This document shows positions 14,601 through 28,100 of a stretch of DNA of 64,000 nt, piece by piece. Position 1 is the first letter of the stretch; every line of letters begins with the position of its first letter. The stretch covers positions 7,564,001 to 7,628,000 of the forward strand of contig OZ059898.1 in assembly GCA_964057225.1 (NCBI GenBank), read 5' to 3'. The notes below the pieces were generated by a model. It was not told the origin of the DNA. It ran no database searches and saw nothing but the letters and a program-made list of their open reading frames with translations. The stretch is from Auanema rhodensis. Taxonomy: Eukaryota; Animalia; Nematoda. Position numbers and translations under genes: made by a program.

Positions 14601-17600
14601 AGCCTTATCAAGTAAATACAACTGGTATGTTTATCACTTCACATTATTCTTTCATTATTTATACATATATTTTAGGTCTTGAACCATGCATCCCATTTAT
14701 GAGATTTGATCATTTTACTGGTAATGAAGTAACTTATATATTTACTTTGATTGGATTAGCATGTGTTCCTTTAAGTAAGTGAAAATAGTAATTTATTTCA
14801 TTTTATATTCGTGTAATTAAGTTTGTCTTGGAATCGGTTATCTACTTGTACAAAGGCGTGCTCATATGGGTTGGCATAGTTCATGTGATCAATTGTCTAT
14901 TACAGCCATTGAGGATGAATCATCTACAGACAATTATTCTGTTAAAGGTTTAGATTTAATTAATTATTTACTTATTTATTATTATATATTAGCTTTTGAA
15001 TGGTTACAAGAAGAATTTGTTCGACAAGTCATCGTAGAGATTGATTCTGAGTGCCTGATCGTTCGTAAGCCTCGTGGAGGTCTTTTGCGTAAAATCAAAT
15101 TTCCAGAGAATGCTACAGTAATAGTAATAATCAAAGATATAATTAATAATTTATTTATTTATAGGTTCGAATTACGCATAGTGAGCCAAACTCGTCTACG
15201 ATGTTTGGTCCATATTGCTTGATTACAGTACCTAAAACTCATGATTTGGTATGTTTCATATATTTATTTTCTATTATTTTTAATTACTATGTCTTAAAAT
15301 GTTTTTTTAAAAAATTGATAAAAATTTGTTTTAGGTTATTCGTCTGCCTTCTGAACGACATCTACCTGGATTCTTGTTAGCTGTTACAGACAGCATTAAG
15401 AAACAATCAGGAGAACTTGAAATTCGACAAGAAAACAATCAAGCTTTGCTAGCCCTAGCAGAAACAAAGGTATTAATTATTCTATTATATCTTATAATTT
15501 TGAAAAAAAAACAGGAACGTCGTCAACTTCGATTAGATAACTTTTTCCGTGAAGCTTATGCTCGAGCTTTTAATCAACCTGAGCTGCGCGATTCTTCTCT
15601 TAATCTAAGCGATTCGGAAGATATTCTACAAGAAACTATCACTAAGTTTGTGTTTTAAAAACAAACTAAGTTTTATGAAATCAATTACAGGCACGAACTC
15701 GCTCAAGCTATGGGAATGAAAGAAGATGACTTGTTTATCCGTCGTATGTTTGCTGTAACAGCCCGAACTGAAGGAGAAGAATTATCATTTGCCGAGTTTT
15801 TGGATGTTCTCAAGAATTTTTCTGCTGGTAATATCTATATATATACTATATAGTATAATATAATTAATAACTGATTAATATTTAGGATCGATAAGAGAAA
15901 AATATAAGTTATTATTTGCTATGTGTGATTTGGATGGATCTGGTACAGTAAATCGTCATGAATTCGCCGATTTCATCAAATCGTTAAATTCCGTAGCTGG
16001 AGTTCATCTCAGTGAAGAACAACAGAATTTATTAATTGAAAATTTGCTATATCGTTCTGGAGTTCATCCAGCTAAAGAATTCATCACTTTCGAAGACTTT
16101 GAAACCATTTTCGCACAAGTGCACGATCATCGTCCATTCGGTGTTGATCTTCGTGGAGCAAAATTAAAAGTTAACTTAGAAGAGTAAGTTAAATATATAA
16201 CTATTATATATTTATGTTTAATTGTGTCTTGCAGAACTGCTTCTCTTAATTCATTTGCTGTTCCTCCAGCTGAAGTTACTGCTATACCATTGAGTATTCT
16301 AGCCAGATTTGCTGCTTTTGTTGAAACATATAGGTATTTATTAAACTATATAACTATTTAATTTATAATTTATATAGACAACATATTGCTATTTTGTTTG
16401 TATTCGTTGCTGTTAACATAATGATCTTCATGGAACGATTTTGGCGTATGCTTTAGTATTTGAAACTATTTTGATGATAATAATATTCAGATTATCGATA
16501 TGAAACAGAACACAGAGATTTACGAAGAGTTATGGGTGTTGGTATTGCTATAACACGTGGAGCTGCCGGTTTGAAAACGATTATTCGGTTAATTATATAA
16601 AATTGAATTTTCAGGAGCTTTATCTTTCTGTATGGCGTTGATTCTTTTAACTGTCTGTCGTAATGTCATTACAATAGTACGTGAATGGCCTATTGGTGAA
16701 TTTATTCCATTTGATGCTGCTATTGCTTTCCATAAGGTATAATATAATTTATATTTTATTAATTATTATATTGAACTATAAATAATTTTTTATAACAAAG
16801 TATAAAATATATTTTCTATAGATTGTTGCCATATTCGCTGCATTCTGGGCAATTCTTCACACTGTTGGTCATTGTGTCAACTTTTACCATGTTGCAACTC
16901 AAAGTCAAGAAGGATTACAATGTCTCTTCCAGGAAGCTGTCTTTGGGTATTTTCCCTTTTAGTTTTCGAATTTTATAATTTTCATTTTAGATCAAACTTT
17001 TTACCCTCTATAAGTTATTGGTTCTATGGTACAATTACTGGTTTAACTGGAATTTGTCTTGTTAGCGTGATGTCTATCATCTATGTCTTCGCTTTACCCT
17101 GCTTTGTACGACGAGCATATCATGCTTTCAGGTATTGTATTTGTGAAGAAAGCATCTAATTAGCATTATATTCTTACACGTGAATGCTTTATCACGTGTT
17201 CAAAAGTCATTTTTGGTTGAATAACCTGATGTTTGGTTGCTTTCGTTAAAACAAAAAGGTGTTTGTAATCTGTGATTCATGTTTTTATAATTCAGGTTGA
17301 CACATTTGCTCAATATCGCTTTCTATGCACTAACTATTCTCCATGGACTTCCTAAACTATTAGATGTAAGTGAATCTTAATACTCACATACTGTTTTATA
17401 AATATAACTATATAACCATATATTTTATATTTTAGTCTCCAAAGTTCCTCTTCTATGTTATCGGTCCAATAATCGTATTTGTTATTGATAGAATTATTGG
17501 AATGCGTCAGGAATACAAAAAACTTGAAATATTGAATGCATCATTATTACCTTCAGGTTTTCTTTATTTATATATATTTTCTTTTCAAATATATGTTTAG

Positions 17601-18653
17601 ATATCATTTATATTCAATTTAAACGACCAGCTTCATTCGATTTCAAATCTGGTCAATGGGTTCGTATATCATCACCAGCTTTCAGTTGTAACTTCAATGA
17701 GAAACACGCCTTCAGTCTTGCGTGTGCGCCTCAGGTACCGACTTTAGAGCTGTACATAAAGGTAAGAAAATTAAGAATCTTTTAATCAATTTACAATCTA
17801 ATTCTTAGGCTGTTGGTCCATGGACATGGAAATTACGAAGTGAAATTATTAGATGTCAAGCAACGGGATCTCCATATCCTCTTGTTCACCTGAATGGGCC
17901 ATATGGTGATGGTAATCAGGTTAGTATAAACAGTATAGTATACATATTTACATATACTTATTGAATTATAATTTATTTTAACAATTCATTTCTAGGAATG
18001 GAAGAATTATGAAGTAGCCATACTAATTGGTGGTGGCATTGGTGTTACACCATATGCTTCTACTTTAACAGATCTTGTACTTAAAACAAGATCTGGACAT
18101 CATCACAGTGTCAAATGCAAAAAAGTTTATTTCTTATGGATTTGTCCCACACATAAAAACTATGAATGGTTTGTGGATGTACTGAAGCATGTAGAAGATG
18201 ATGATGCAAACAGTGAGCATCCCTTGTTAGAAACACATATCTTCGTAACACAATTCTTCCACAAATTTGATCTTCGTACCACTATGCTGGTAAGTATTAT
18301 TTATAAGTTTTTAATAAATATTCATTCTCATATACTTTAATCATTTTTAGTATATATGTGAAAAACATTTCCGGGGTGATCATCATGGAATGTCAATGTT
18401 TACTGGTCTTAGAGCTCATAATCATTTTGGTCGACCGAACTTTAATGTGTTTTTGAAGTTTATTCAAAATCGTCATAACGAGGTACAGTATATAAATTTG
18501 ATATAGGAAACCATATTTTAATTTTAGGTCAGCGATATTGGAGTATTTAGTTGTGGTCCATCAGCTATTAATGATCAGATTAGTGCTGCTTGTGCACGAG
18601 CTAATCGTGCTCGTGACGCTCCATCCTTTGTACATCGTTTCGAAACATTTTAG
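11637..18653 (+). CDS. bli-3: Dual oxidase (peroxidase-like domain, EF-hands, NOX transmembrane/FAD/NADPH domains), more than 30 introns
   Basis: Signal-peptide exon MGRLTRQPSITILIICLFFITIIS, then EFQRYDGWFNNLANPNWG, FFSQVVAYEIM, LGDPRVNENPGLL, AAFRFPHS, MRGRDNGIPPYN, FKSGQWVRI, GGGIGVTPYAS, GVFSCGP and HRFETF*. TAG at 18651-18653. Confidence 0.97.
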
Positions 18654-19610
18654 TTAGTTTATATAAATATATATCTAATTGAATAGTATTATAATTGTGT
18701 CATTGAATACGGTTCTTCTGTTTTTTCTTTTCTCTCTTACTTACTTTCTTACTGTCTATCTATTTGTATTATTCATATTTATAATAATCTTTTAAAGAAT
18801 ATTAGTACCTCTCACATTTTAAGTCATTTTGTACAGTATTTTTTCTGTATTTCTAGAAATTAATTATCAATATATGAAATATTTTATTAATTATTGCCGA
18901 AGCTCTTCTCCTTCTCTATCGCTTTAGTCAGATAATCTTTCTATATAAAGGTATATATATATATATAATATACCGTCTTAACTATAACTATTATAACCAT
19001 AAATTATTTTATTATAGCCAAGTAGAAGATGAGCTTGAACATAACACATTTGGGTATTCTTTACATTCTCTTTTTCTCTTTTTCTTCTTTTCTTTTTTCA
19101 TTATTTCACTCATCTCTTTTTATACTTTTTTTTTTCGTTTTAACAAAAAAATAATGTATAAAATACTTATTAGATCAGATGCAATAAATCTATTCAAATA
19201 TAATGATTTGAAATGGAAATAGAATAGAAAGTGAAAAATAATTTTCGTGGCAACTTGTTCAAAAATCCTTTTTTTTGTATTGAAAACGAAGTATTATTGT
19301 TAAAGTTTTTGAAAAGAAAGAAGAAACTGTTTACAATGAAATGATAACTTATAAACATTGTATAAAGATCACTGGTCATATTCATATATATTACAAACTA
19401 TGATTTGTCATAATCCGGAAAAGTCTTCACATATATTAAGAATCTGAAAGTTCCGTTTCTCAAAATAACCTCATTTGCTTTTGTGGCGTCTAAATATAGA
19501 ACATGCAAAGTATGACACAGCAATACAAGAACCTCAAGCTATTTTAGGTATTAGTAATAATATCTTTTAGCTTTCTTTTTACATTTTTTCAATATCCTCA
19601 TGTGCACGTA

Positions 19611-19613
<3 letters not shown>

Positions 19614-19665
<52 letters not shown>
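19614..19665. repeat. (TA)n microsatellite
   Basis: Uninterrupted TA run of ~50 nt. Confidence 0.95.
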
Positions 19666-19667
<2 letters not shown>

Positions 19668-20340
19668 AATAGTAATAAAACTTTTGAAACTAATACTATA
19701 AATAATTTAATTCTGAAAAAAAATAGATGATTAGATATGGAGAAGAAATATTTTTTAATTGATTCTTTGAAAAATTATTTTAATGCCCGAAAATTCAAAA
19801 TAAAAAAAAGAAGATTTAACAATAACATTTTATGCGATCTAACACAACCCAGATGATAGTACACACATTTAGACATGATGAAGAGATTTATTTATACGAG
19901 AAAAAAAGGAATAATTAAAGAGAATTAGAGTTTAATAATATTTATCATAGTTAAATCATAAATAGAGTTGAATTAACTAATAAAATAATTATTCATATCA
20001 AATTGAATTAATACATTAATACAAATTTTGCAATTTTTAAAAGTTTAGAGAGAATGAGTGGCTGAGCTGGGCGTGTAGTAGATCAACTCCGATTCGTACA
20101 GGTCTTCACTAGTTGAGATCGTTTTGCATGGTTATGATCGAATGATGTAAATTATTCGATAATGAGATGAAAATGTTCAGAAATTATTATAAATTATCTA
20201 AATCTGTAGGTGCTCTTACTGTTGTTGTTTTTTTTTTGGAAAAGAAAAGTTTTAGAAAACTGAAAATGTATGTGAGCACCTGCAACGAACGTTGATAAGA
20301 ATAGGTTTATATTTTGAAATATAAAAATTAGATAAAGAAA

Positions 20341-20408
20341 GAGAGAGAGAGAGAAAGAGAGAGAGAGAAGAAGAGAGAGACAGAGAGAGCGAAAGAGAGA
20401 GAGAGAGA
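20341..20408. repeat. Imperfect (GA)n/(CT)n tract in the ins-17 3' region
   Basis: gagagagaga... with a few interruptions. Confidence 0.85.
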
Positions 20409-20482
20409 ACAAAGAACAGCACTTTGCCTGTTCGTCATTTCTTGAATGATAGTATATATATGCATATATACGTAGATCATCA

Positions 20483-20931
20483 CTAGTTGAAGGGATTGCA
20501 TAATGGGAAAATCTCCTGGAATGTACATCCAACAGAGCAGCATTCTGTCATTACACGTAGTCGATCGGATCTGCGACTGCGAGGATTCACAAATTGTTCC
20601 CACGGTTGTTCATAATCAGAAGCTTCCGTTTCAATATCAACGCTGCGTCGACGTCGACGCATAGGGCAGATGAGATTGTATGCATCAAGGAACGATTGTC
20701 CTCCTAAAAATAAACGATTGTTGCTCTGATTATTCAAGTAGTTCCAAGTATTTGGAGTGAAAAAAACAGAAAAGTCCTACCAGGCGGACACAGCTTCATT
20801 GCTCCTGGCTTAGTTCTTGTAGGTCGAACTTCTTTTGTGGATACTGTACTCGCTGGACTTCTGGAGAAAATACTGAAGGCTGCTACTGAAGACAACACGA
20901 AGATCAACAAGAAAGTTGCCCGTCCAATCAT
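20483..20931 (-). CDS. ins-17: Insulin-like peptide INS-17 orthologue (2 exons, intron ~20704-20780)
   Basis: Signal peptide MIGRATFLLIFVLSSVAA; B chain MKLCPPG|GQSFLDAYNLICPMRRRRR; A chain ECCSVGCTFQEIFPLCNPFN. This matches recalled C. elegans INS-17 (LKLCPPGGASFLDAFNLICPMRRRRR...CCETGCEFTDIFAICNPFG). An acceptor-like TTATAG lies just upstream of the ATG. Confidence 0.93.
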
Positions 20932-23900
20932 ACCTATAACATGCAATATTCATTATGAGATACAATAGAAGAAAACACTAAGAGTTAAAAGAGCAAGAAA
21001 CAAAAAATTCAAACAAATGAATACGTAAAAAGGTTAATTTTTAAAAAAATATATATTGAAAATAAGTGAAAAAGTATTTTAATATAATCTTTATATTCTT
21101 TTTCGTTGATGTATAATTTTATAAATTATAATCTATTTGGTTTTCTGATAATAAAATGAAACAAGTTAGCATGCCGACCAAATTCCCTTTTTAAAGTAAT
21201 TATTTCAATCAAATGTCAACGTTATTTTCAGATACTTCTGGAATATTTTATAACAATGAGCAAAAATGTCTTATATAACTTCTCTTTTTCGTTAATTTTG
21301 AAATGTTTCATCGAAATGAGATGAGACAGACGCAAGCATGTGTGAAGATTTGCTTCATTTAAATTGCATAATTCGTTAAATGGTATGATCTATCTATTTA
21401 TTAGAATATTTAATATGTGAAAGAATAAATTCTTCTTAGAAAAATTAAACTAAGAAATTATGAACAAAATATTCGGAAAAAAATGTTTTTTATTTGCTGA
21501 GAAATGAAATAGAATACATTGCAAAACATATTATAGAAGTTCAGACTGAAATTCAGAGGATAAACGCTTGGGATTACATAGGTTCTAATGTGGCTGTTAT
21601 GCAAAAAACTCAAAGTTTGAAAAGAAAAAAAGCTGTGTAATTGTAAAAATGAAGATGCTTTATATTAGTTTCTTACCGTAGTCCAAAATGGAAAAAGATG
21701 AAGAAAAAGTTACATAAATAGCAATGCAATGCTCAAATTTCTAAAAATGGTTCAATGTATTAGATTGAGAATGAAGCCTAGTTTGATAAAAATTGATTAC
21801 CATAAGAATTTTAGAAGAAATATTAGAAGAGAGATTATTAGAAATGTGTGAAAATGATGGTAAAGGAAGTATTTATATTAAAAAACAATAAAGTGCTTAA
21901 CTAAGAAACATGATAAATGTAAAATATAAAATTTGAAGAATTCTGCAAAAAATTGAAAAATTTGAAAAGAAATTGTTTAGAAAATAATATTTGTGATTAT
22001 TTAGAATTTATATTCAAACTAACTTGTTTTGACTTTAAAAAGAAATATAAAAAGGATTTAGCTGAGACTAGGTGACATTTTTTTTCATGTTCTTAAGGAA
22101 AAAAATTGTAAACATAGTACAAACTTGAGGGATGAAGCTCAATAATTTATAATTCGCATTAGACTTTTCGAAAACTAATCGGAATATTTTTAATATAAAA
22201 AAAATCTTTTTTTTTAATTATTTTTCTAATATCTGGAAAAGTTCTAGTTGACAAGACTAAAAAGAGGAATAATATAATGAAAATACACTATTAGACAATG
22301 AAAAGCATGAGATTACATTACATTACTATTGATAATAATCGTTCATCTATTTATTGAAATTAAAAAAAAGGGAAATTAATATCAAGACATTGTAGATTCT
22401 TGGATCTACAAGAGAGAATAGTTATGTTGTGAAATGAAACTAGACTTATAACCGAATTGATCTAAGTAACCTCTATGACAACAACACTTAAGTAACTTGA
22501 TTGGAGTCATGAGTGTATTAGAGAAAATGAAATGTAGTAAAGTGATCTGAAAATAAAAAGAGCAAAACTTAAAGAAATGTAAGGAATATAAAGAGAGAAG
22601 AAGGAGGATTCTCAATGAAGGGAGGGATCGCAGATCGTCCAATGATGTCATGTATTCTCTATTTGCAGAACAAGACGAGAACGATAAGGGAAAAAGCACG
22701 ATTGCAAGATAATTTGAACGATAGCCATAAGATAGGCTAAGAAGATGTCGTCCATTTTTACAATTGGCAACATATCTTAAGATTTAGAAGTCCAGTTCTA
22801 AAGAATAGACAGCTAATTGAGCAGAAATGGGTAAATAGAGGACGGCGACATCATGCTTCCTTTTGCTCACATATCGTTTAATCTTCTTTTTTTTCTCCAA
22901 ATAACTTTGTAAATGATAAGAGGGAGGATAATTAAGTTTAAAGCATAAAGTCAGTTTAAAGTTGTTGAAACATTGATCATTGATTGTAATTCTATATGGA
23001 GGTACGTCAAAGAAGGGTGAAACTGCTCTACCACAACTACGAGAGATATGGCCTGCAACTACAAGACAATAGATCTGAAAAAACAAACCAAAAGTTGAAC
23101 TAGAATATGCTTAAAGCATTCTATAGTATGCCCGAAACTTCCACTCTTGAATGACTTCTATTTTCTATATATATTTGAAATGGAGTAATAGTTTATCGAA
23201 CAATTGTTTTTATGCTTATGTTAGAAATAAGATTTTCAAAAAATTCACGAGAATTAAGAAACTATCCGAATTAATAAAATGATATCTTAACTTTACTATG
23301 ATATTGACGTCATCTAATATATCGATGTTGTTGTAGGCGTCTTTACGTCGACCATGCTCTAATGGACGACAGCGACGTCATGTAGGCAAAGCAATTTCAA
23401 CAGAATAGTTAACGACAACGTTACTGAGTAAGCACAGCTTCACTTTACATTGCTGCGTACAATGACATCACACTACTGAAGTTTGAAACTGAGGTAACAG
23501 CCTAAGCTTGAAAAGAAGAATGTGCATATTCTTGAAACTGAATCCAAACAATATATAAGAACATGAAAATAGGTTATTTACATCTTAAAAGCTTGGAAAA
23601 AATCATAGAATTTTGCTTAAAATGAATCACGTTCAAACATCATCTTGAATAGTTAAAATGTAACTAGGTTTATAGAATTTTTGATAAAGAAAAAAACTTT
23701 AAAAATAAAATGATGAATATCATAATAGTCAATAACAAATTTGAAAACATTACATGTTTCTTTGTACCGTAGTTACGTGTTAAAAAGAAATTATGACGTA
23801 AATTAACTATATAACTATATATATACATTTATATATATATATATATATAATATGTGTATAGCATAAGCTATATATGAATGTATATATGTGATTTCACAAA

Positions 23901-25130
23901 TTTGAACATTTTTTTTGATATATCAATGCCTTTTATGATTTTTATTAGATTACTAGATGTTCAACTTGTCATATAACTATAATGAAATCTCTGACAAATT
24001 TGATAAAAATTTGAAAAAAGCTCGAATATGAGGATATTTGACTTTTTAATACAAAAATTCTTGAAGAAGAAGATGCTAAACGAGATATAGATATGCATGT
24101 ATATTGCCCTTTCATACTCGGATGAGCAATATTACTACCAAATATGAGGGCAACCAGTAGATTTTCATTATTGTGTAGATATGTATGGATTAATCATCCT
24201 TCTTTCTTTTTTTTTTCATTATGTTTAATATTATTGGAAGACATATAAAGATATAAGAAATAAGGAAGCCAAATCATATGATATCACTAAACAGAACATT
24301 TGCTTTCATGATTACTGTTAAACAAGCCAAAGGATGTTTGATTTTAGATCAAATCAAAAGTGAATACGAAATGAACAGAAAATTTGGTAGAAAAGCCAAA
24401 TTGGAGGAAACCGTCTGGGGGAAAAGTGCAGCTGAATTGCCGGGATAAGAAGGAAGAAGACGTTGTTGAGCATATTGAATACAATGGGAAAGGCGATGGA
24501 AGAATAGTGAGATGAAAGCTGAACATAGAGAGAATGATATATAGGGGGGGGGGAGGAAAAGAGAGAGATTGAGAAAGCTAGGGAGGGAAAATAAATTCAC
24601 TTCCTTCAGATGTGCTCGATGCCCATCCTCTTCATTCTTTAATTTCATATGAAACTGGAGAAAGTTTAAAGGAAATAAGGCATATATAAGAAGTATTGTA
24701 TTCAGTGGTATACTAGAAGTTTTTTGGTATGATAAAGCTAAAATTATAAAAATATAAATACGAAATAAGATAAATTTTGAAGAAATATGGAATATTATGA
24801 TGATTTTTTGATTGATTAACAATACTTGAAATTTGTTTAGAACATCTGAAAAGATATATTTAAACATAAAATCAATATAAATAGTTAAATGTATATATAT
24901 ATATGTGTTTATAATTATGAAGAATACCATAGTTACATAAATATTATATTATTTATAAATATAATTATATTACGCTAAATTATAATTTTCTATTTAATTT
25001 TTTTTCTTCAAATTTACGAGAAAACAACTTGTTAGTTATAAATTTTGTCAATGATATACACTTCGAAACAAAAGAACTTGTATAAATACTTGATAATTCA
25101 TATAACAATTTTCTTTTATATAGTTAATTG

Positions 25131-28100
25131 ATGAAATATATTATCACAGCTTTCTATTGTATTCAATATAACTATCTACTTTTCTTTTTTTACAATATTC
25201 TTTCACATTTTCTCTCTTATACTCTCTTAATCTTTTTCTCTCTCTCTCTCTTCAATTCACAGGCCAAGAACATTGATGATCGTCAATGTGGGCCAGGTTC
25301 AAGGTCTTTTATCTCTTTCAAACATCTCAGACCTCTCTTCACATAGCTCGTTCAATCGATCGTTCATCCATAGCTTTGATTATGAATTGCTTGAATATTA
25401 TTTTAAAAACTATTCTGTTTGACTAAATATTTGTGTTTCTGTTAATTCTCTTATCTTAACAAAAATCTAATTTAGATAATATGCGTGAACATCTGTTATT
25501 TCGTTTTATAGCCATTTTTGGAATTTTATTTGAAGCACAGTAAGTTAGACTAAATAACTCTCTTATAATACATAATATTTTTATTTTAATTTTTGCTAAA
25601 TATTTGATCTCATTCTTTTCTCGGTCTATTACATTCACATACACATCCAGCTTCCTCTCCTATTAATCTAAATCACTCAGTTTGGCACGTGAAAATCAGA
25701 TCTGACATCATTGAAAAAGATCTCGAATAATTAAAAAAGATTTTCTTAGAAACTAAAATAGTTGGTCTACTAGATTACAAATGAAATAGATATACGTATA
25801 TGTAGATATCTATACATATCTACTTATATAATACAAAAAAGATAATAATTTATATATTATTTAAGAAAATTCAAGAAAATTCAAGAAAATCACAGAAATT
25901 TAATGATTATTTCAGCTAATCATATTGATTTTTCACATTTCTTACAGATGTCACTGCCCTCACATGGCTAAGTTCAATCAAATGGAAAAAACAGGACCTC
26001 AACCTCCTGGAGCACTTCCTGACGGTGATAAGGTAATCAATAATGAAAAAGACTTTGACCTTTTTTAAATTTATAATATTTATAAAATATTTGAAGGGTT
26101 GGGATTGGGATGAAACCAGAGCACCTGGAAGCGTTCCAGAAGATCATTATATACAAACTACATTTATTCATCGTAGTAATACAGGTACAAAAATGATTAT
26201 TTCAAATTAAAAATAATAAAAATATTTAGAAAGTGATAAGATATATGCTAGAAATGTTATGAAAATAGTTAAAGAGGTTCAAGAACGATTGAAACGAGAA
26301 GCAAGAGTAACAATAGACAATGAAAATGTAAGTTAAAAAAGCTAAAATGAGTAATTTATTTATTTTCTTCATAAAAATATGAAAAGCAAGGGAAAGGCCA
26401 CTTTATAGTTTATTTTATTATGCTGTCCAATATTGGATACTATTTTTGAAAGAAAATATTGAGAGCTCAAGAGAAAAGAGGGGAGGAACAGATCACAGAA
26501 AAATGGCTGTTTCTTCTTGAGAAAGTAAATTAAAATCAATGAAATGAAGATATAAAATATAAAAAAACGGAATTAGCAGGTTATAATTCGATAAAAAAAT
26601 TTTCAAAGCCTCCTTTTTATCGTTTTTTTCACTGAATTATATAGAAATAGGGAAATCTACTGTCAAAGTTATGTTGGGTTTTCCTATTTTTTTTTTTTTG
26701 GAAATAAAATAAAAGCTTCATCATATGAACTAACTAAAAATATCTATTTAATAGATACAAACAATATTTTTAAATAAAAAAGAATAGAATAAACGAATTG
26801 TTACCGTATAAAGGAAATTTTTATTTATGTTAATTACCGGATTTCACGTCTACACATCTTTTCCTATACTGCTTCAATGAAAAAAAATTAGGAAAAGAAT
26901 GAAAATTAAAAGTTTGATCTATACTTTCAAGTTCTAAAGAGATTAACTTTGACAATAAAAAAATAAATTTTCAGATTGAATGTAATGTTGGGGATGAGAG
27001 TTACAGATGTGCTGATTATCCAGGACAACGATCATATCATTTCTTGATTGTTGAAGATTCGTAAGCAATTATTTAAATTTATTAAGTTTTACTGTTTTTT
27101 AATAATATTTTACATAAACAAACTATAACACAGATTTATAGAGCTAAAGGAGCAGCTGTTTATAGCATAGATAAAAAATATAATGAGAAGGAACTGGGGT
27201 CAATTGAAATGGCTTTATTGGAGTAAGTTTCATTTGAATTTTTTTCTTAAATTTAAATTATATGCTAGAATAATATTATAAAACTTACATGCTTCATAAA
27301 CAACTTTTAGTTTGAGAATAAAGAAAAAATTCTATTTTTAAACTATAGAATTTTTATTTATATACTTTCATTAAGTTGAAGAACTACTTACCGTAGAAAG
27401 TTTCCTGAAATAGCGTGATGGAGTATGACAACCGGAATCTTTATATAAATCAGCATGATCGTTAAGATACAGAAATTGAATAAGCATTAAGCTCCTTTCA
27501 ATTGTTTGAATATCCTTTTACTTTAGAAAATACAAAATATTAAGGTTTTTCTTAATTTAAATAATCATTTGAAGCTTAATCTAGTTTTAACCTAAATTGA
27601 ACTAAAGCATGGCTATGTACGACACAAGAATGTCAACTGATGACTTCCGTCCAACGTCATCTGTACAAAGAAAGACTTCTGAAGTCTGCAATTTCCGAAG
27701 ACAATTTGAACCAATTAACACGCAATCTTTATTCTGCTTAGAAATTAACTACTGTTGCATTTCTTTCATTAGAAAATAATTTTTAAGATAAAAGGGAAAA
27801 TTTTCATTGGATTTTCAGATAAAACAAAAAGTTTTTAAGCGAATTTTCATAATTGCAGTGCATTCTCGAGACATTCACCAACTCCACTGACAGTATTTGC
27901 ATCGAAAGCAGCTGATCCTCATGTTGGTTTTGTTCGAGAACTTTCTGCAAAAGAAATTTCGGCTATGGGCAAGCCATCGACACCCGAACAGCTTTCAAAG
28001 TTCAGTCCTTTAGAGTTTAAATTGGTTGAGCCTACATTATTAGAATTACGGTAGAGTTGTTATATAATTTTTTAAATCTATCTGCTATATTATAGTCATG

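Noticed and set aside
24349-24930. 193-aa minus-strand ORF and similar F/I/L-rich ORFs (6240, 10421, 20194)
   Set aside because: Low-complexity AT/CT-rich sequence with no splice or homology support.
27390-27740. Exon-like patches inside the long intron of the HDEL gene
   Set aside because: No consistent frame or gene could be built; an alternative terminal exon cannot be excluded.
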